From Escherichia coli (GTDB lineage Bacteria; Pseudomonadota; Gammaproteobacteria; Enterobacterales; Enterobacteriaceae), in the NCBI RefSeq assembly GCF_044647545.1, contig NZ_CP172818.1: a stretch of DNA of 64,000 bases; one strand, written 5' to 3'. Made by a program: the position numbers and the translations under genes. This document shows positions 22,083 to 34,367 of this stretch, one piece after another. Numbering within the stretch: the stretch's first letter is position 1; every line of letters starts with the position of its first letter. The notes beneath the pieces are model-generated. The model worked only from the letters and a program-made list of their open reading frames with translations, was not told the DNA's origin and searched no databases.

Positions 22083-22924
22083 ATAATTTACCGGTAGTTC
22101 GTTCGCCCTGGCGGATTGTGATTTTGCTGCTGGGCTTCACCTTTCTCTACGCGCCAATGCTGATGCTGGTGATCTATTCATTCAACAGCTCGAAGCTGGT
22201 GACGGTGTGGGCCGGCTGGTCAACGCGCTGGTATGGCGAATTATTGCGCGATGACGCGATGATGAGTGCGGTTGGTTTAAGCCTGACAATTGCGGCCGGT
22301 GCGGCGACGGCGGCGGCGATCCTCGGGACGATTGCGGCGGTCGTGCTGGTGCGCTTTGGCAGGTTTCGCGGATCAAATGGTTTTGCCTTTATGATCACCG
22401 CGCCGCTGGTGATGCCAGATGTCATCACGGGCTTGTCGCTATTGTTGCTATTCGTCGCGCTTGCTCATGCCATTGGCTGGCCTGCGGACCGCGGTATGCT
22501 CACCATCTGGCTGGCGCATGTCACTTTCTGTACGGCTTATGTGGCGGTCGTTATTTCTTCAAGATTGCGGGAGCTGGACCGTTCCATTGAAGAAGCCGCG
22601 ATGGATCTTGGTGCGACGCCACTGAAAGTGTTTTTCGTCATTACGCTACCGATGATCATGCCCGCGATCATTTCTGGCTGGTTACTGGCTTTTACTTTGT
22701 CGCTTGATGATCTGGTGATCGCCAGCTTTGTTTCCGGGCCGGGAGCCACCACGTTACCGATGCTGGTCTTTTCTAGCGTGCGGATGGGAGTGAATCCGGA
22801 AATCAACGCCCTGGCAACATTGATCCTCGGTGCGGTCGGAATTGTCGGATTTATCGCCTGGTATCTGATGGCGCGCGCAGAAAAACAGCGGATACGCGAT
22901 ATCCAGCGTGCAAGACGTGGCTGA
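22079..22924 (+). CDS. potI: Putrescine ABC transporter permease PotI
   Basis: 281 aa from ATG 22079 (MNNLPVVRSP...), ATGA overlap with potH stop. Confidence 0.92.
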   Translation: MNNLPVVRSPWRIVILLLGFTFLYAPMLMLVIYSFNSSKLVTVWAGWSTRWYGELLRDDAMMSAVGLSLTIAAGAATAAAILGTIAAVVLVRFGRFRGSNGFAFMITAPLVMPDVITGLSLLLLFVALAHAIGWPADRGMLTIWLAHVTFCTAYVAVVISSRLRELDRSIEEAAMDLGATPLKVFFVITLPMIMPAIISGWLLAFTLSLDDLVIASFVSGPGATTLPMLVFSSVRMGVNPEINALATLILGAVGIVGFIAWYLMARAEKQRIRDIQRARRG

Positions 22925-22983
22925 AGACACTAAAATTTGCCAACCTGGCTACATAATGCCGCGCATGTCGCGGCATTGTTTTC

Positions 22984-23472
22984 ATGGAAGACGAAACGTT
23001 GGGATTTTTTAAGAAAACATCTTCATCTCATGCTCGCCTGAATGTGCCTGCGCTGGTGCAGGTAGCGGCGCTCGCCATTATTATGATCCGTGGCCTCGAC
23101 GTGCTGATGATTTTCAATACGCTGGGCGTGCGCGGTATTGGCGAGTTCATTCATCGCAGCGTACAAACCTGGAGTTTAACGCTGGTCTTTTTAAGCAGTC
23201 TGGTGCTGGTTTTCATTGAGATCTGGTGTGCGTTTTCACTGGTGAAAGGGCGTCGCTGGGCGCGCTGGCTGTATCTGTTGACACAAATCACGGCCGCAAG
23301 TTACTTGTGGGCGGCTTCGCTGGGGTATGGTTATCCGGAGCTGTTCAGCATTCCCGGTGAATCAAAACGTGAAATCTTCCATAGCCTGATGCTGCAGAAG
23401 CTGCCGGATATGCTCATCCTGATGCTGCTGTTCGTTCCCTCGACCAGTCGGCGGTTCTTCCAGTTGCAATAA
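22984..23472 (+). CDS. ybjO: Inner membrane protein YbjO
   Basis: 162 aa, predicted TM protein. Confidence 0.85.
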   Translation: MEDETLGFFKKTSSSHARLNVPALVQVAALAIIMIRGLDVLMIFNTLGVRGIGEFIHRSVQTWSLTLVFLSSLVLVFIEIWCAFSLVKGRRWARWLYLLTQITAASYLWAASLGYGYPELFSIPGESKREIFHSLMLQKLPDMLILMLLFVPSTSRRFFQLQ

Positions 23473-23512
23473 TGTGTATAATCGTCGCCCCTGATGATGT
23501 GAAGGTCAATGT

Positions 23513-24640
23513 ATGCAGTGCGCACTTTACGACGCGGGTCGCTGTCGTTCCTGTCAGTGGATAACGCAGCCGATTCCAGAGCAACTCTCCGCTAAAACCG
23601 CCGATCTTAAAAATCTGCTCGCCGACTTTCCGGTTGAGGAATGGTGCGCGCCGGTGTCAGGCCCGGAACAAGGGTTTCGTAATAAAGCCAAAATGGTGGT
23701 GAGTGGTAGCGTTGAAAAACCACTGCTCGGTATGCTGCATCGAGATGGTACACCGGAAGACCTTTGTGACTGCCCGCTTTATCCAGCCTCATTTGCGCCC
23801 GTTTTTGCGGCGCTAAAACCCTTCATCGCCCGTGCGGGTTTAACACCTTACAACGTGGCGCGTAAACGTGGTGAACTGAAATACATTCTGCTGACTGAAA
23901 GCCAGAGCGATGGCGGCATGATGCTGCGTTTTGTACTGCGTTCTGATACCAAACTGGCGCAACTGCGTAAGGCGCTGCCGTGGTTACAGGAACAATTACC
24001 GCAGCTGAAAGTTATTACCGTCAATATTCAGCCGGTACATATGGCGATTATGGAAGGGGAGACGGAGATCTACCTGACCGAACAACAGGCGCTGGCAGAG
24101 CGTTTTAATGACGTACCGCTGTGGATCCGTCCGCAAAGTTTCTTCCAGACTAATCCGGCGGTCGCCAGCCAGCTTTACGCCACCGCGCGCGACTGGGTAC
24201 GACAGCTGCCGGTTAAACATATGTGGGATCTGTTCTGCGGTGTGGGGGGCTTTGGTTTACACTGCGCGACGCCTGACATGCAGTTAACCGGGATCGAAAT
24301 TGCGCCAGAGGCCATTGCCTGTGCAAAGCAGTCAGCCGCTGAACTGGGCTTAACGCGTTTGCAATTTCAGGCGCTGGACTCCACGCAGTTTGCCACTGCT
24401 CAGGGGGAGGTGCCGGAGCTGGTGCTGGTTAACCCGCCGCGCCGCGGCATTGGTAAACCGCTGTGTGATTATCTCTCAACGATGGCACCGCGTTTTATTA
24501 TCTACTCCAGCTGTAACGCCCAAACCATGGCGAAAGATATCCGCGAACTGCCAGGTTACCGCATCGAACGGGTACAGCTTTTTGATATGTTCCCGCACAC
24601 CGCGCACTATGAAGTGCTGACGCTGCTGGTGAAGCAATAA
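23513..24640 (+). CDS. rlmC: 23S rRNA (uracil747-C5)-methyltransferase RlmC (RumB)
   Basis: 375 aa, N-terminal Cys cluster (CxxCxxC), C-terminal SAM-MTase. Confidence 0.92.
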   Translation: MQCALYDAGRCRSCQWITQPIPEQLSAKTADLKNLLADFPVEEWCAPVSGPEQGFRNKAKMVVSGSVEKPLLGMLHRDGTPEDLCDCPLYPASFAPVFAALKPFIARAGLTPYNVARKRGELKYILLTESQSDGGMMLRFVLRSDTKLAQLRKALPWLQEQLPQLKVITVNIQPVHMAIMEGETEIYLTEQQALAERFNDVPLWIRPQSFFQTNPAVASQLYATARDWVRQLPVKHMWDLFCGVGGFGLHCATPDMQLTGIEIAPEAIACAKQSAAELGLTRLQFQALDSTQFATAQGEVPELVLVNPPRRGIGKPLCDYLSTMAPRFIIYSSCNAQTMAKDIRELPGYRIERVQLFDMFPHTAHYEVLTLLVKQ

Positions 24641-24668
24641 AAAAGCCGCAGGTGCGGCTTTCTGAATC

Positions 24669-25400
24669 TTACTGTGGGAACCACTGGTCATTGATTTTCT
24701 GATATGTACCGTCAGCTTTAATTGCTGCCAGCGCATTATTCAGTTTTTCCAGCAGAGCTTTGTTATCCGGACGTACAGCGATACCTAGGCCGGTGCCGAA
24801 GTATTGCGGATCGGTCACTTTTTCAGTCGCAACGCCCAGTTGCGGATTGGTTTTCAGCCATTCGTTTACCACTGCGGTGTCACCAAATACGCCATCAATA
24901 CGGCCATTTTTCAGATCGATAAAGGCATTCTGATAACTGTCATAGGAGACAGTTTTCACTTCCGGGTGCTGATCCTGAATATATTTCTGGTGCGTGGTGC
25001 CGTTTTCCATCCCAATACGTTTGCCTTTCAGATCGGCAAACGTTTTGTAGGTATCTTTTTTGGCAATCACGACGGCTGAGTTTTCGTAGTAGGGCGTGGT
25101 AAACGATACCTGTTTGCTACGCTCCGGCGTGATATCCATTCCGGAGATTACGGCGTCATATTTTCTGAATTTCAGTGACGGGATCAGGCTGTCGAACGCG
25201 TGATTCGTAAAAGTACATTCTGCCTGCATTTGTTTGCACAAGGCTTTTGCCAGATCGATATCAAAGCCGACAATCTCATTATTAGCACCTATAGATTCAA
25301 AGGGTGGATAGGTGGCTGAAACGCCAAAATTGATTTTCTCTGCGGCAGAAGCACCGAAAGTAAAAGAAGCAAGTAAAGCGGCAAGAACTAACTTTTTCAT
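24669..25400 (-). CDS. artJ: Arginine ABC transporter periplasmic binding protein ArtJ
   Basis: 243 aa from ATG 25400 (MKKLVLAALLASFTFGASAAEKINF...). Confidence 0.92.
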   Translation of the reverse strand: MKKLVLAALLASFTFGASAAEKINFGVSATYPPFESIGANNEIVGFDIDLAKALCKQMQAECTFTNHAFDSLIPSLKFRKYDAVISGMDITPERSKQVSFTTPYYENSAVVIAKKDTYKTFADLKGKRIGMENGTTHQKYIQDQHPEVKTVSYDSYQNAFIDLKNGRIDGVFGDTAVVNEWLKTNPQLGVATEKVTDPQYFGTGLGIAVRPDNKALLEKLNNALAAIKADGTYQKINDQWFPQ

Positions 25401-25574
25401 GATGGAACTCCCGTCTGTCAATCTTATGATTTTTGGCCGTGTCTGCGGCATGGGATAACAATGCCATCAAGTGAATTTATATGCAATAAATATGATTAAA
25501 TAATTTAAATGAAATAAAAAAAGACGGACAGCTTAGTGAGTTGCCCGTCTTCATTATAAGAATTTATGCACTAT

Positions 25575-25610
25575 GTAGGCCGGATAAGGCGTCCACGCCG
25601 CATCCGGCAT
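25575..25610. repeat. REP (repetitive extragenic palindromic) element
   Basis: gtaggccggataaggcgtccacgccgcatccggca matches the canonical E. coli REP palindrome; artM-artJ intergenic. Confidence 0.75.
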
Positions 25611-25624
25611 CAGACGCAGCCAAA

Positions 25625-26293
25625 TTAATTCCTTCGCTCAAACGCCAGTGCTTTACGCTCGATCAGACGCATCATCAGCGTCAGCAGACCGTTAACAATC
25701 AGGTAAATAATCCCTGCCGCACCGAACACCATGACATCGTAGGTGCGTCCGTACAACAACTGGCTGTATCCCATCACTTCCATCAGCGTAATGGTGTAAG
25801 CCAGAGAAGTACTTTTGAACACCAGCACCACTTCGTTGGAATAAGAAGAGAGCGAGCGTTTAAACGCGTACGGCAGCAGGATCGCCAGCGTATCTTTTTT
25901 GCTCATTCCCAGGGCGCTACAGGACTGCCACTGACCTTCCGGGATCGCGCGAATGGCACCGTAAAACAGCTGCGTGGTATACGCTGCACTGTTCAGCGAC
26001 AACGCAATCAGCGCACATAACCACGGTTCTGACAACAGATGCCACAGTGCCGGATACTCCTGCAACGTCGGGAACTGACCCGGTCCGTAATAAATCAGGA
26101 AGATCTGCACCAGCAGCGGCGTACCGGTAAACAGCGTGATATAGCCCCGCACCAGCCACACCAGCACCGGCGTTTTCAGCGTCAGGATGATGGTAAAAAT
26201 CAATGCCAGAATCAGTGCCACAATCAGCGAGGCAACGGTTAGCGTCAGGCTGGTGTGCAGCCCTTTCATCAGTTCGGGTAAATACTCAAACAT
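25625..26293 (-). CDS. artM: Arginine ABC transporter permease ArtM
   Basis: 222 aa multi-TM permease. Confidence 0.92.
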   Translation of the reverse strand: MFEYLPELMKGLHTSLTLTVASLIVALILALIFTIILTLKTPVLVWLVRGYITLFTGTPLLVQIFLIYYGPGQFPTLQEYPALWHLLSEPWLCALIALSLNSAAYTTQLFYGAIRAIPEGQWQSCSALGMSKKDTLAILLPYAFKRSLSSYSNEVVLVFKSTSLAYTITLMEVMGYSQLLYGRTYDVMVFGAAGIIYLIVNGLLTLMMRLIERKALAFERRN

Positions 26294-27009
26294 TAGCTGG
26301 GCCTCCGCTCAAAACGTGTCGCGCGCAGGTCAATGCGTTTGAGAATGTACTGACTGAGCAGGGTGATCACCAGGTAAATCGCCGCCGCCACAATGTACCA
26401 GGTAAACGGTTCCTGGGTACGGGTAGCGATGCTTTTGGTTTGTAGCATTAAATCATTCACGCTTATCAAACTGACCAGCGCGGTATCTTTCAGCAGCACC
26501 AGCCACTGGTTACCGAGACCAGGCAGCGCATGACGCCACATCTGCGGCATCACCAGACGGAAAAAGATAGCCGATTTCGACAGCCCCAGCGCCTGTCCGG
26601 ATTCCCACTGGCCCACCGGCACCGCTTTCAACGCGCCGCGCAGCGTTTGCGAGGCATAGGCGGCATACAGCAGCGACAGAGCGATGACACCACAAAGGAA
26701 CGGGCTAACGTCGAAGTTCTCAATGTCCATCTGCACCGGGATCTGCACGAACCCAAGATTGATAGTGAAGCCATCCGAAAGCGTCAGCAGCAGCTGCGAG
26801 GAGCCAAAATAGATAAACAGCACCACCAGAATTTCTGGCAGGCCGCGCAGAACCGTCACCAACGCTGAACCTGCCCACGCGACGGGACGCCATTTTGCAG
26901 ACTCCCATACCGCAAAGAACATCGCCAGCGCCAGCCCGACAATCAATGCACAAACGGCAAGGCCGACGGTCATCCCGGCGGCGCTTGCTAAAGGAAAAAA
27001 TTCATTCAT
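26293..27009 (-). CDS. artQ: Arginine ABC transporter permease ArtQ
   Basis: 238 aa multi-TM permease; start overlaps artM region. Confidence 0.92.
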   Translation of the reverse strand: MNEFFPLASAAGMTVGLAVCALIVGLALAMFFAVWESAKWRPVAWAGSALVTVLRGLPEILVVLFIYFGSSQLLLTLSDGFTINLGFVQIPVQMDIENFDVSPFLCGVIALSLLYAAYASQTLRGALKAVPVGQWESGQALGLSKSAIFFRLVMPQMWRHALPGLGNQWLVLLKDTALVSLISVNDLMLQTKSIATRTQEPFTWYIVAAAIYLVITLLSQYILKRIDLRATRFERRPS

Positions 27010-27015
27010 CAGGAA

Positions 27016-27747
27016 TTACTTCTGGAACCATTTGTTGTAGATGGTTTCGTAAGTGCCATCTTTCTTCACTTTTTCCAGCGCAGTGTTGAGTTTCTGCTGC
27101 AGTTCAGTGTTGCCCTGACGTACCGCGATGCCGAGACCAGTACCGAAGTAATCTTTATCGGTCACTTTATCGCCCACTGCCGCCAGTTTCGGGTTGTCTT
27201 TCAGCCACTCGGTGACCACTGCGGTGTCACCGAATACGCTGTCGATACGACCGTTTTGCAGATCCAGTTTTGCGTTCTGGTAGCTGTCATACGGAACGGT
27301 GGTGATTTCCGGGTGCTTATCCATAATGAACTTCTGGTGTGTCGTCCCGTTCTGAACGCCGACTTTTTTGCCTTTCAGCTGATCAACACTGGTGTATTTA
27401 CCCTGCTGACCCACAAACAGGGCAGAGTTGTCATAGTAAGGGGTGGTAAACAGCACCTGCTTTTCACGTTCTGGGGTGATATCCATCCCGGCCATCACCG
27501 CTTCCACGCGACGGAATTTCAGGCTTGGGATCAGGCTGTCAAATGCCTGGTTGGAGAAAGTGCAGGTTGCATCAATCTCTTTACACAGCGCTTGTGCCAG
27601 GTCGACGTCAAAACCAACGATCTGGTTGTTTGCATCAATCGATTCAAACGGAGGATAGGAGGCTTCGGTAGCAAAACGAATAGTTTCGGCAGCTGTGGCG
27701 GAAAGACTAAAACCTGCAATTAACGCGGCAATCAGAACTTTTTTCAT
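27016..27747 (-). CDS. artI: Arginine ABC transporter periplasmic binding protein ArtI
   Basis: 243 aa (MKKVLIAALIAGFSLSATAAETIRF...). Confidence 0.92.
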   Translation of the reverse strand: MKKVLIAALIAGFSLSATAAETIRFATEASYPPFESIDANNQIVGFDVDLAQALCKEIDATCTFSNQAFDSLIPSLKFRRVEAVMAGMDITPEREKQVLFTTPYYDNSALFVGQQGKYTSVDQLKGKKVGVQNGTTHQKFIMDKHPEITTVPYDSYQNAKLDLQNGRIDSVFGDTAVVTEWLKDNPKLAAVGDKVTDKDYFGTGLGIAVRQGNTELQQKLNTALEKVKKDGTYETIYNKWFQK

Positions 27748-27764
27748 TGTTGTTATCCCGAATA

Positions 27765-28493
27765 TTAGTGAGAGAGATAGTTTTTAAATGCTTCGGTTTG
27801 CGGCTCGGTAAAGCAGCTCGCGTCGCCTTGTTCTACGATATGACCGTTTTCCATATACACCACTCGGCTGGCGGTTTTACGCGCCACTTCAACTTCGTGG
27901 GTGACGATCACCTGGGTAATATTCGTTTCTGCCAACTCACGAATGATGCTGACGATTTGTGCCGTAATTTCCGGGTCCAGTGCGGCGGTCGGTTCATCGA
28001 ACAGCAGTACCTGCGGTTCCATCATCAACGCACGGGCAATAGCAACACGCTGCTGCTGACCACCAGAAAGATGCAGCGGGTAACGATCGCTATAAGGTTT
28101 GAGACGCAGACGTTCCAGCAGTTTTTCTGCACGGGCCAGCGCCTGATCTTTGCTCAACCCCAGTACACGGCAGGGCGCTTCAATCAGGTTTTGCTGCACG
28201 GTCAGATGCGGCCACAGGTTGTATTGCTGAAACACCATGCCAACGTTACGACGCAAATCGCGAATCGCTTTGTCAGAGGGTGTTTTGGTGAAATCGAAAT
28301 GGTTGCCTGCAATGTTGAGCGTACCGGAGCGCGGCATCTCAAGCAGATTGAGTACACGCAGCAGCGAGCTTTTCCCCGCGCCGCTGGGGCCAAGTAACAC
28401 CAGCGTTTCGCCCTGTGGGCAATCCAGCGTGATATCGAACAGCGCCTGATGCGCGCCGTAGAAGCAATTAATGCCGTTTAATTGAATACTCAT
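27765..28493 (-). CDS. artP: Arginine ABC transporter ATPase ArtP
   Basis: 242 aa from ATG 28493 ([13 protein letters not shown]...); Walker [10 protein letters not shown], signature LSGGQQQR. Confidence 0.92.
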
Positions 28494-28710
28494 TGACACT
28501 CGTATACTGGCAGTCTGATAGCTATTGAGGTCGAAGATAGTACCTTTGACAGAATAATTATGCAATATTTCTGCTTTAAAAGTTAAAAGCAAAGCGCATT
28601 ATTCAATAAACATAGCACAAAATAACGGGGGCGGTGGTCGGCGAGCATAAATGTCGGCATTCCTCACGAAATGCCGGACAATTTACGGGGTTTATTGGTT
28701 GATCAAGGCG

Positions 28711-29226
28711 TTAGCGATTCTCGATGGACTGACGGAGCGTACCCGCTGTGGCATGAACGCTACCGCCTAAGTAGCGCACATCGTCGATGACCCAACACTG
28801 GCCTTCCTGAATCATTAACACTTCATCCTGCCAGCCCTGGTCACCCTGTTTGAGATCCACGCGCAATGGAATGTTACGGGCATCACGATTAGGGATAGTC
28901 GATGCACTGGCAACGTGGGCGCTGTCTGGCAAGGTGGTTCGACTGGAGAACGGATCGCTGCTTAACAATTCACGATGACTATTATCGCGGCTGGCATCGC
29001 TAAGTAGGGTTGCCAGTTTGTCACTCAAATAGGGGCGCAGGGCGGTAATGTCATTGCTACGATGTTGAATGCGGTAGTCATAGAATTGTTGAGCCACGCT
29101 GTCAGGGCCACCCTGGACACAGGAACCGGTGCGGGGGCCGTTATCTTTATAAGCTGGCGTGACGGTGGTACAGGCACTCAGCAGCAGTGCACATGGAATA
29201 AGTAGAGATAGTGAACGGTAGCGCAT
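28711..29226 (-). CDS. ybjP: Lipoprotein YbjP
   Basis: 171 aa from ATG 29226, lipobox LLSAC. Confidence 0.87.
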   Translation of the reverse strand: MRYRSLSLLIPCALLLSACTTVTPAYKDNGPRTGSCVQGGPDSVAQQFYDYRIQHRSNDITALRPYLSDKLATLLSDASRDNSHRELLSSDPFSSRTTLPDSAHVASASTIPNRDARNIPLRVDLKQGDQGWQDEVLMIQEGQCWVIDDVRYLGGSVHATAGTLRQSIENR

Positions 29227-29305
29227 AATCATTTCCTTATTAGCTTGTTCTGAAAAATGGCGTTATACGATAATAGATGATATCCTTTCAATACCATCTT
29301 AAAAG

Positions 29306-29570
29306 CACAAAACAATACTTTATATTATAATAATAAAAATATATACTAATAATTAAAAAAATTAACATATACAACACATAATAAAAAAAAATAATAATTT
29401 AATATAAAAAAATAATTAAAAATTCTAAAAAACTTTAAATAATTTTAATAACAATCAAAATTATTAAATATTAAATCAAAAAAAAAAATTTTTAAAATAA
29501 AAAAAAAACAAATAAAAAAAATAATAATAAAACTATTAAATTATAAAAAAAAACAAATAATATTAAAAAT
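29306..29570. other. Extreme AT block with zero G over ~265 bp; non-enterobacterial composition
   Basis: Counted directly: no G and about 13 C between 29306 and 29570; A/T homopolymers and (aat)n-like tracts. Confidence 0.6.
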
Positions 29571-29629
29571 GGCATATCAGTCCGATAATGCTTTAGAGAT
29601 CGAAGGCTTAACAAACAAGGAGATCGATC

Positions 29630-29953
29630 ATGCAATTTTCTACAACCCCAACTCTGGAAGGCCAGACCATCGTCGAATATTGCGGTGTGGTGACCGGCGA
29701 AGCGATTTTAGGTGCCAATATTTTCCGTGATTTCTTTGCTGGTATCCGCGATATCGTTGGCGGACGCTCCGGGGCTTATGAAAAAGAATTGCGTAAAGCG
29801 CGGGAGATCGCCTTTGAGGAGCTCGGCGATCAGGCCCGGGCGCTGGGGGCCGATGCCGTAGTCGGTATTGATATCGACTATGAAACGGTCGGGCAAAACG
29901 GCAGTATGCTGATGGTTAGCGTCAGCGGTACGGCGGTGAAAACGCGTCGATGA
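29630..29953 (+). CDS. ybjQ: YbjQ (UPF0145 family)
   Basis: 107 aa, RBS aaggag upstream; 4-bp overlap with amiD. Confidence 0.9.
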
Positions 29954-30780
29954 GAAGAGTCTTCTGGCTGGTCGCCGCCGCTCTGTTACTGGCAGGGTGT
30001 GCCGGCGAAAAGGGCATTGTCGAGAAAGAGGGATATCAGCTTGATACCCGACGCCAGGCGCAGGCGGCGTATCCGCGCATTAAAGTGCTGGTGATCCACT
30101 ACACCGCAGATGATTTTGATAGCTCGCTGGCGACACTGACCGATAAGCAGGTCAGCTCGCATTATCTGGTCCCTGCGGTACCACCGCGATACAACGGTAA
30201 ACCGCGCATCTGGCAACTGGTGCCGGAACAGGAACTGGCCTGGCATGCGGGGATTAGCGCCTGGCGCGGGGCAACGCGCCTTAACGACACCTCTATTGGC
30301 ATTGAGCTGGAAAACCGTGGCTGGCAGAAATCAGCCGGAGTGAAATATTTTGCCCCGTTTGAACCGGCACAGATTCAGGCGCTTATTCCACTGGCGAAAG
30401 ATATTATTGCCCGTTATCACATCAAGCCGGAAAACGTAGTGGCACATGCGGATATCGCCCCGCAGCGCAAAGACGATCCGGGGCCATTATTTCCCTGGCA
30501 GCAACTGGCGCAGCAGGGGATTGGTGCCTGGCCGGATGCGCAGCGGGTGAACTTTTACCTTGCCGGGCGCGCGCCGCACACACCGGTAGATACCGCGTCA
30601 TTGCTGGAGCTTTTGGCGCGCTACGGTTATGACGTTAAACCTGATATGACACCGCGCGAGCAGCGGCGCGTGATTATGGCGTTCCAGATGCATTTCCGCC
30701 CGACGTTATACAACGGCGAAGCGGATGCAGAAACTCAGGCGATTGCCGAAGCGTTGCTGGAGAAATACGGGCAGGATTAG
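29950..30780 (+). CDS. amiD: N-acetylmuramoyl-L-alanine amidase AmiD (lipoprotein, amidase_2 family)
   Basis: 276 aa, lipobox LLAGC. Confidence 0.92.
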
Positions 30781-31790
30781 CGCGGCAGTTTTCCGTGGTC
30801 GCGTAGCCAGGCGGCAGTTTTCTCGATACCTTCATCCAGGGTGAGGACTGGTTGATAACCTAACTCTTCCTGCGCACGCGTAATATCTAGCGTAAAGTCA
30901 AAATTCAACTTGGAGACGCCGTAGTGGGTCAGCGGCGGCTCTTTTGCTGACTTGCGGCCTAAACGCTCCATGCTGCGGGCGATCATATCCAGCATCGGGT
31001 AGGGGACGGAACGAATACGACAGTCAATATTCAATTCGTCGATCAGCTTCTGCACGATGCTGCGCAGTGTGCGATGTTCGCCGTTGGTGATGTTGTACAC
31101 ACGCCCGGAAGGTAGCTTATCGCAGGCTTCCTGGCTTGCCAGCCACATGGCGTGCACGGCATTTTCATAGTAGGTCATATCCACCAGCGCACTGCCGCCG
31201 TGCGGTAACAGAATGCTGCCATAGTGGTGCATCATATGCGCCAGACGGGGAATAAAGACTTTATCGTGCGGTCCGAACAGACTTTGTGGGCGCAGAATAG
31301 TAAAGCGCGTTTGTGGATTCGCCTGCGAAAGCATATTGATCACCTCTTCGCTGGCTGCTTTGCTGCGGGCAAACTCGTTGGCGAAGCGGTGAGGGCGAAA
31401 ATCTTCTTTAATATCGCGATGGTGGTGATAATCGAAGTACAGGGAGGGGGAAGAGATATGAATAAAGTTACGCACACCCCAGGCGACAGCCCATTCACCC
31501 AGGCGGCGAGTGGCGCGAACGTTAGCCAGATCGAAAGCCTGTTGTGTCCCCCAGGGCGAGGTAAAGCTGGAGCAGTGCCACAGCGTATCAATGCCCGCGA
31601 GCATCACTTTAGCTTGTGATGAGACCAGCTCGGTCAGATCCGCCGGAACAAACTCTGCGCCCATTTTTTCCAGCAATTTACCCATTGCCTCGTTGCGACC
31701 GGTCGCTCGCACGCTGATGCCTTTCTGGCATAAAAACTCTACCGCGTTTCGACCTAAGCCGCTGGTGGCGCCGGTAACCAGTACCTTCAT
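30777..31790 (-). CDS. ybjS: NAD-dependent epimerase/dehydratase family protein YbjS
   Basis: 337 aa from ATG 31790 ([13 protein letters not shown]...), Rossmann GxxGxxG. Confidence 0.87.
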   Translation of the reverse strand: MKVLVTGATSGLGRNAVEFLCQKGISVRATGRNEAMGKLLEKMGAEFVPADLTELVSSQAKVMLAGIDTLWHCSSFTSPWGTQQAFDLANVRATRRLGEWAVAWGVRNFIHISSPSLYFDYHHHRDIKEDFRPHRFANEFARSKAASEEVINMLSQANPQTRFTILRPQSLFGPHDKVFIPRLAHMMHHYGSILLPHGGSALVDMTYYENAVHAMWLASQEACDKLPSGRVYNITNGEHRTLRSIVQKLIDELNIDCRIRSVPYPMLDMIARSMERLGRKSAKEPPLTHYGVSKLNFDFTLDITRAQEELGYQPVLTLDEGIEKTAAWLRDHGKLPR

Positions 31791-31888
31791 ATCAATCCAC
31801 TGTTGTTGAGAAAATGACGTGCGCATTCTTCCGTGATTTCCCCCATGATGCAATGGGAAACATGAAAGAATAACGCAGGTTTTGTCGA

Positions 31889-33319
31889 TTAATCTGTGCT
31901 TTGTTCTGCCAGTCTGGCGATTTGTTTTGCCATTCCGCGAAAAATAAACAGATGCGCGGGGATCATCAATAACCAGTAAAACAGCCCCGGCATACCGTGC
32001 GGATGCCAGAATGCGCGAACATCGATAGTACGATAGTCGCCTTTATCTTCCAGGGTAAAACACAGTCGTCCCAGCCCCGGCGCTTTCATGCCAAATAACA
32101 GCGTAAGTTGTTTTTCCGGTTCAACGACAATCACTTTCCAGCTATCCACCGCATCGCCGGTCTGCAAATATTCACGCTCCGGGCGGCCTTTCGCCAGCTT
32201 ATGACCGATCGCGCGGTCCATCAACGCCCGGGTTTGCCACAAAATGTTGCCAAAGAAATAACGCTCTTTACCGCCGATTTGATTCACCACCTGCCATAAA
32301 GCCGCAAGACTGGCGGACGTTTTAACGGTAAACCCCGCCTGTTTGGCGAAATAACCGTACTCCGGTCGCCAGCGGGCAAAGGCCTGAGCGTCGTAGCCCC
32401 AGTCGCTGGAGTTGACCAGCTTTTCTTCTTCTTTCAGGGTGCGACGTACCGCGTCATCGAAAGCAATCAGCCGTTGTGGGATGAGTGCACGTAACGCGGT
32501 GTCATCTGCCAGCAGATCGTGTTTCAGCCCCTGAATCAACGCTTTGGCGGTGGTGGGCGGTACGGAAGTAATCACATTGAGAAACCACACCGAAATCCAG
32601 CGGGTCGGAAAGGGGATGGGGATCAACCAGCGGCGCTTACCGCTCACCGCCATAAAATGTTCAAACTGTTGCTGATAACTGAGCACTTCTGGTCCGGCGG
32701 CTTCGAAGATGCGATGTTCGCTGGCCGGATGATCTAACAGCGCCACCAGATAGTGCAGCAAGTTTTCCAGCGCGATGGGCGTGGTGCGTGAACGAACCCA
32801 GCGTGGCGGCGTTAACACTGGCAGGTTGTAGACCATATCGCGCATGACTTCGAACGCCGCTGAACCTGCACCAACGATTATTCCGGCACGCAATTCGGTC
32901 ACCGGGACACCCGCTTCACGAAGAATATCCGCCGTAGCCTGACGGGCGCGCAGATGGTCAGACTGCTCATGTGCCGGGGCCTGCAACGAACTGAGAAAGA
33001 TTAATTGCTTAACTGGGACTTCACGTAGCGCATCGCGGACGTTGAGAGCCACCTGGCGCTCCTGAGCGATAAAATCGCCGCCTTCGCCCATGCTGTGCAC
33101 CAGAAAATAGACCGTATCGATATCCTGCAACAGGGCCGGAAGGTTATCCGGCCAGCTGAGATCGACTTTATGGCAACTGACGTTTGCCAGTTGCAGCTTT
33201 GCAAGCCTGTCGACATGACGTGCCGCCGCCAGGATCTGATGCCCTTGCTGGCTGAGTGTGTGCACCAGATGCTGACCAATATAGCCACTGGCACCGAGAA
33301 CTAAAATGCGTTGCGGCAC
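31889..33319 (-). CDS. ybjT: NAD(P)-binding membrane-associated protein YbjT
   Basis: 476 aa from putative GTG 33319 ([14 protein letters not shown]...), Rossmann motif. Confidence 0.8.
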   Translation of the reverse strand: MPQRILVLGASGYIGQHLVHTLSQQGHQILAAARHVDRLAKLQLANVSCHKVDLSWPDNLPALLQDIDTVYFLVHSMGEGGDFIAQERQVALNVRDALREVPVKQLIFLSSLQAPAHEQSDHLRARQATADILREAGVPVTELRAGIIVGAGSAAFEVMRDMVYNLPVLTPPRWVRSRTTPIALENLLHYLVALLDHPASEHRIFEAAGPEVLSYQQQFEHFMAVSGKRRWLIPIPFPTRWISVWFLNVITSVPPTTAKALIQGLKHDLLADDTALRALIPQRLIAFDDAVRRTLKEEEKLVNSSDWGYDAQAFARWRPEYGYFAKQAGFTVKTSASLAALWQVVNQIGGKERYFFGNILWQTRALMDRAIGHKLAKGRPEREYLQTGDAVDSWKVIVVEPEKQLTLLFGMKAPGLGRLCFTLEDKGDYRTIDVRAFWHPHGMPGLFYWLLMIPAHLFIFRGMAKQIARLAEQSTD

Positions 33320-33329
33320 GTCTCCCTCC

Positions 33330-34331
33330 TTAACGCGCCAGGAATGCGCGCCAGTGGGCGGCGACTTCCGCCAGCTGAGCGCGCGAGACGTCAAGATGCG
33401 TCACCAGGCGGACAATCGGCGAGGCGTTAATCAGCACGTTTCTCGCTTTCATGTATTCGCCTAACGCGGCAGCATTTTCTTCCCCGACGCGAACAAACAG
33501 CATATTGGTGTCCTGACGCATCACATCCGCGCCTGCTTCACGCAGCTGCTCCGCCATCCAGGCAGCGTTGTCGTGGTCTTCCTGCAAGCGCGCAACGTTA
33601 TTTTTCAGGGCATATATTCCGGCGGCAGCCAGAATGCCGGACTGGCGCATCCCACCGCCGGTCATTTTCCGCCAGCGAATGGCACGTTTAATGTAATCAC
33701 GATTACCGACGAGTAATGAACCGACTGGCGTCCCAAGACCTTTCGACAGGCAAATGGTGAACGAATCACAATATTGTGTGATCTCTTTCAGTTCGCAGCC
33801 GTAAGCCACCACAGCATTAAAGATGCGCGCACCGTCCACATGCAGCGCCAGATTGCGCTCGCGGGTAAATTCCCATGCTTCTTTGAGGTATTCACGCGGC
33901 AGCACTTTGCCGTTGTGAGTGTTTTCCAGACTGAGTAATTTGGTGCGGGCGAAATGGATATCGTCGGGTTTGATTTTCATCGCCACTTTATCCAGCGGTA
34001 GCGTGCCGTCGGCAGCCGCGTCGATGGGTTGCGGTTGAATACTGCCCAGCACCGCCGCGCCACCGGCTTCAAACAGATAGTTATGCGCGGCCTGACCGAC
34101 AATATACTCTTCGCCGCGTTCACAGTGACTGAGCAGAGCGACCAGGTTGGCCTGAGTGCCGGTAGGCAGAAAAATGGCGGCTTCTTTACCGGAAAGCTCT
34201 GCTGCATAGTCCTGCAGAGCATTAACGGTAGGGTCGTCTCCGTAAACGTCGTCCCCAACCGGGGCGGCCATCATCGCTTCGAGCATGGCGCGGCTCGGTC
34301 GGGTAACGGTATCACTGCGTAAATCAATCAT
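33330..34331 (-). CDS. ltaE: Low-specificity L-threonine aldolase LtaE
   Basis: 333 aa ([17 protein letters not shown]...), PLP-dependent aldolase. Confidence 0.93.
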   Translation of the reverse strand: MIDLRSDTVTRPSRAMLEAMMAAPVGDDVYGDDPTVNALQDYAAELSGKEAAIFLPTGTQANLVALLSHCERGEEYIVGQAAHNYLFEAGGAAVLGSIQPQPIDAAADGTLPLDKVAMKIKPDDIHFARTKLLSLENTHNGKVLPREYLKEAWEFTRERNLALHVDGARIFNAVVAYGCELKEITQYCDSFTICLSKGLGTPVGSLLVGNRDYIKRAIRWRKMTGGGMRQSGILAAAGIYALKNNVARLQEDHDNAAWMAEQLREAGADVMRQDTNMLFVRVGEENAAALGEYMKARNVLINASPIVRLVTHLDVSRAQLAEVAAHWRAFLAR

Positions 34332-34367
34332 GGCATGTCCTTATTATGACGGGAAATGCCACCCTTT

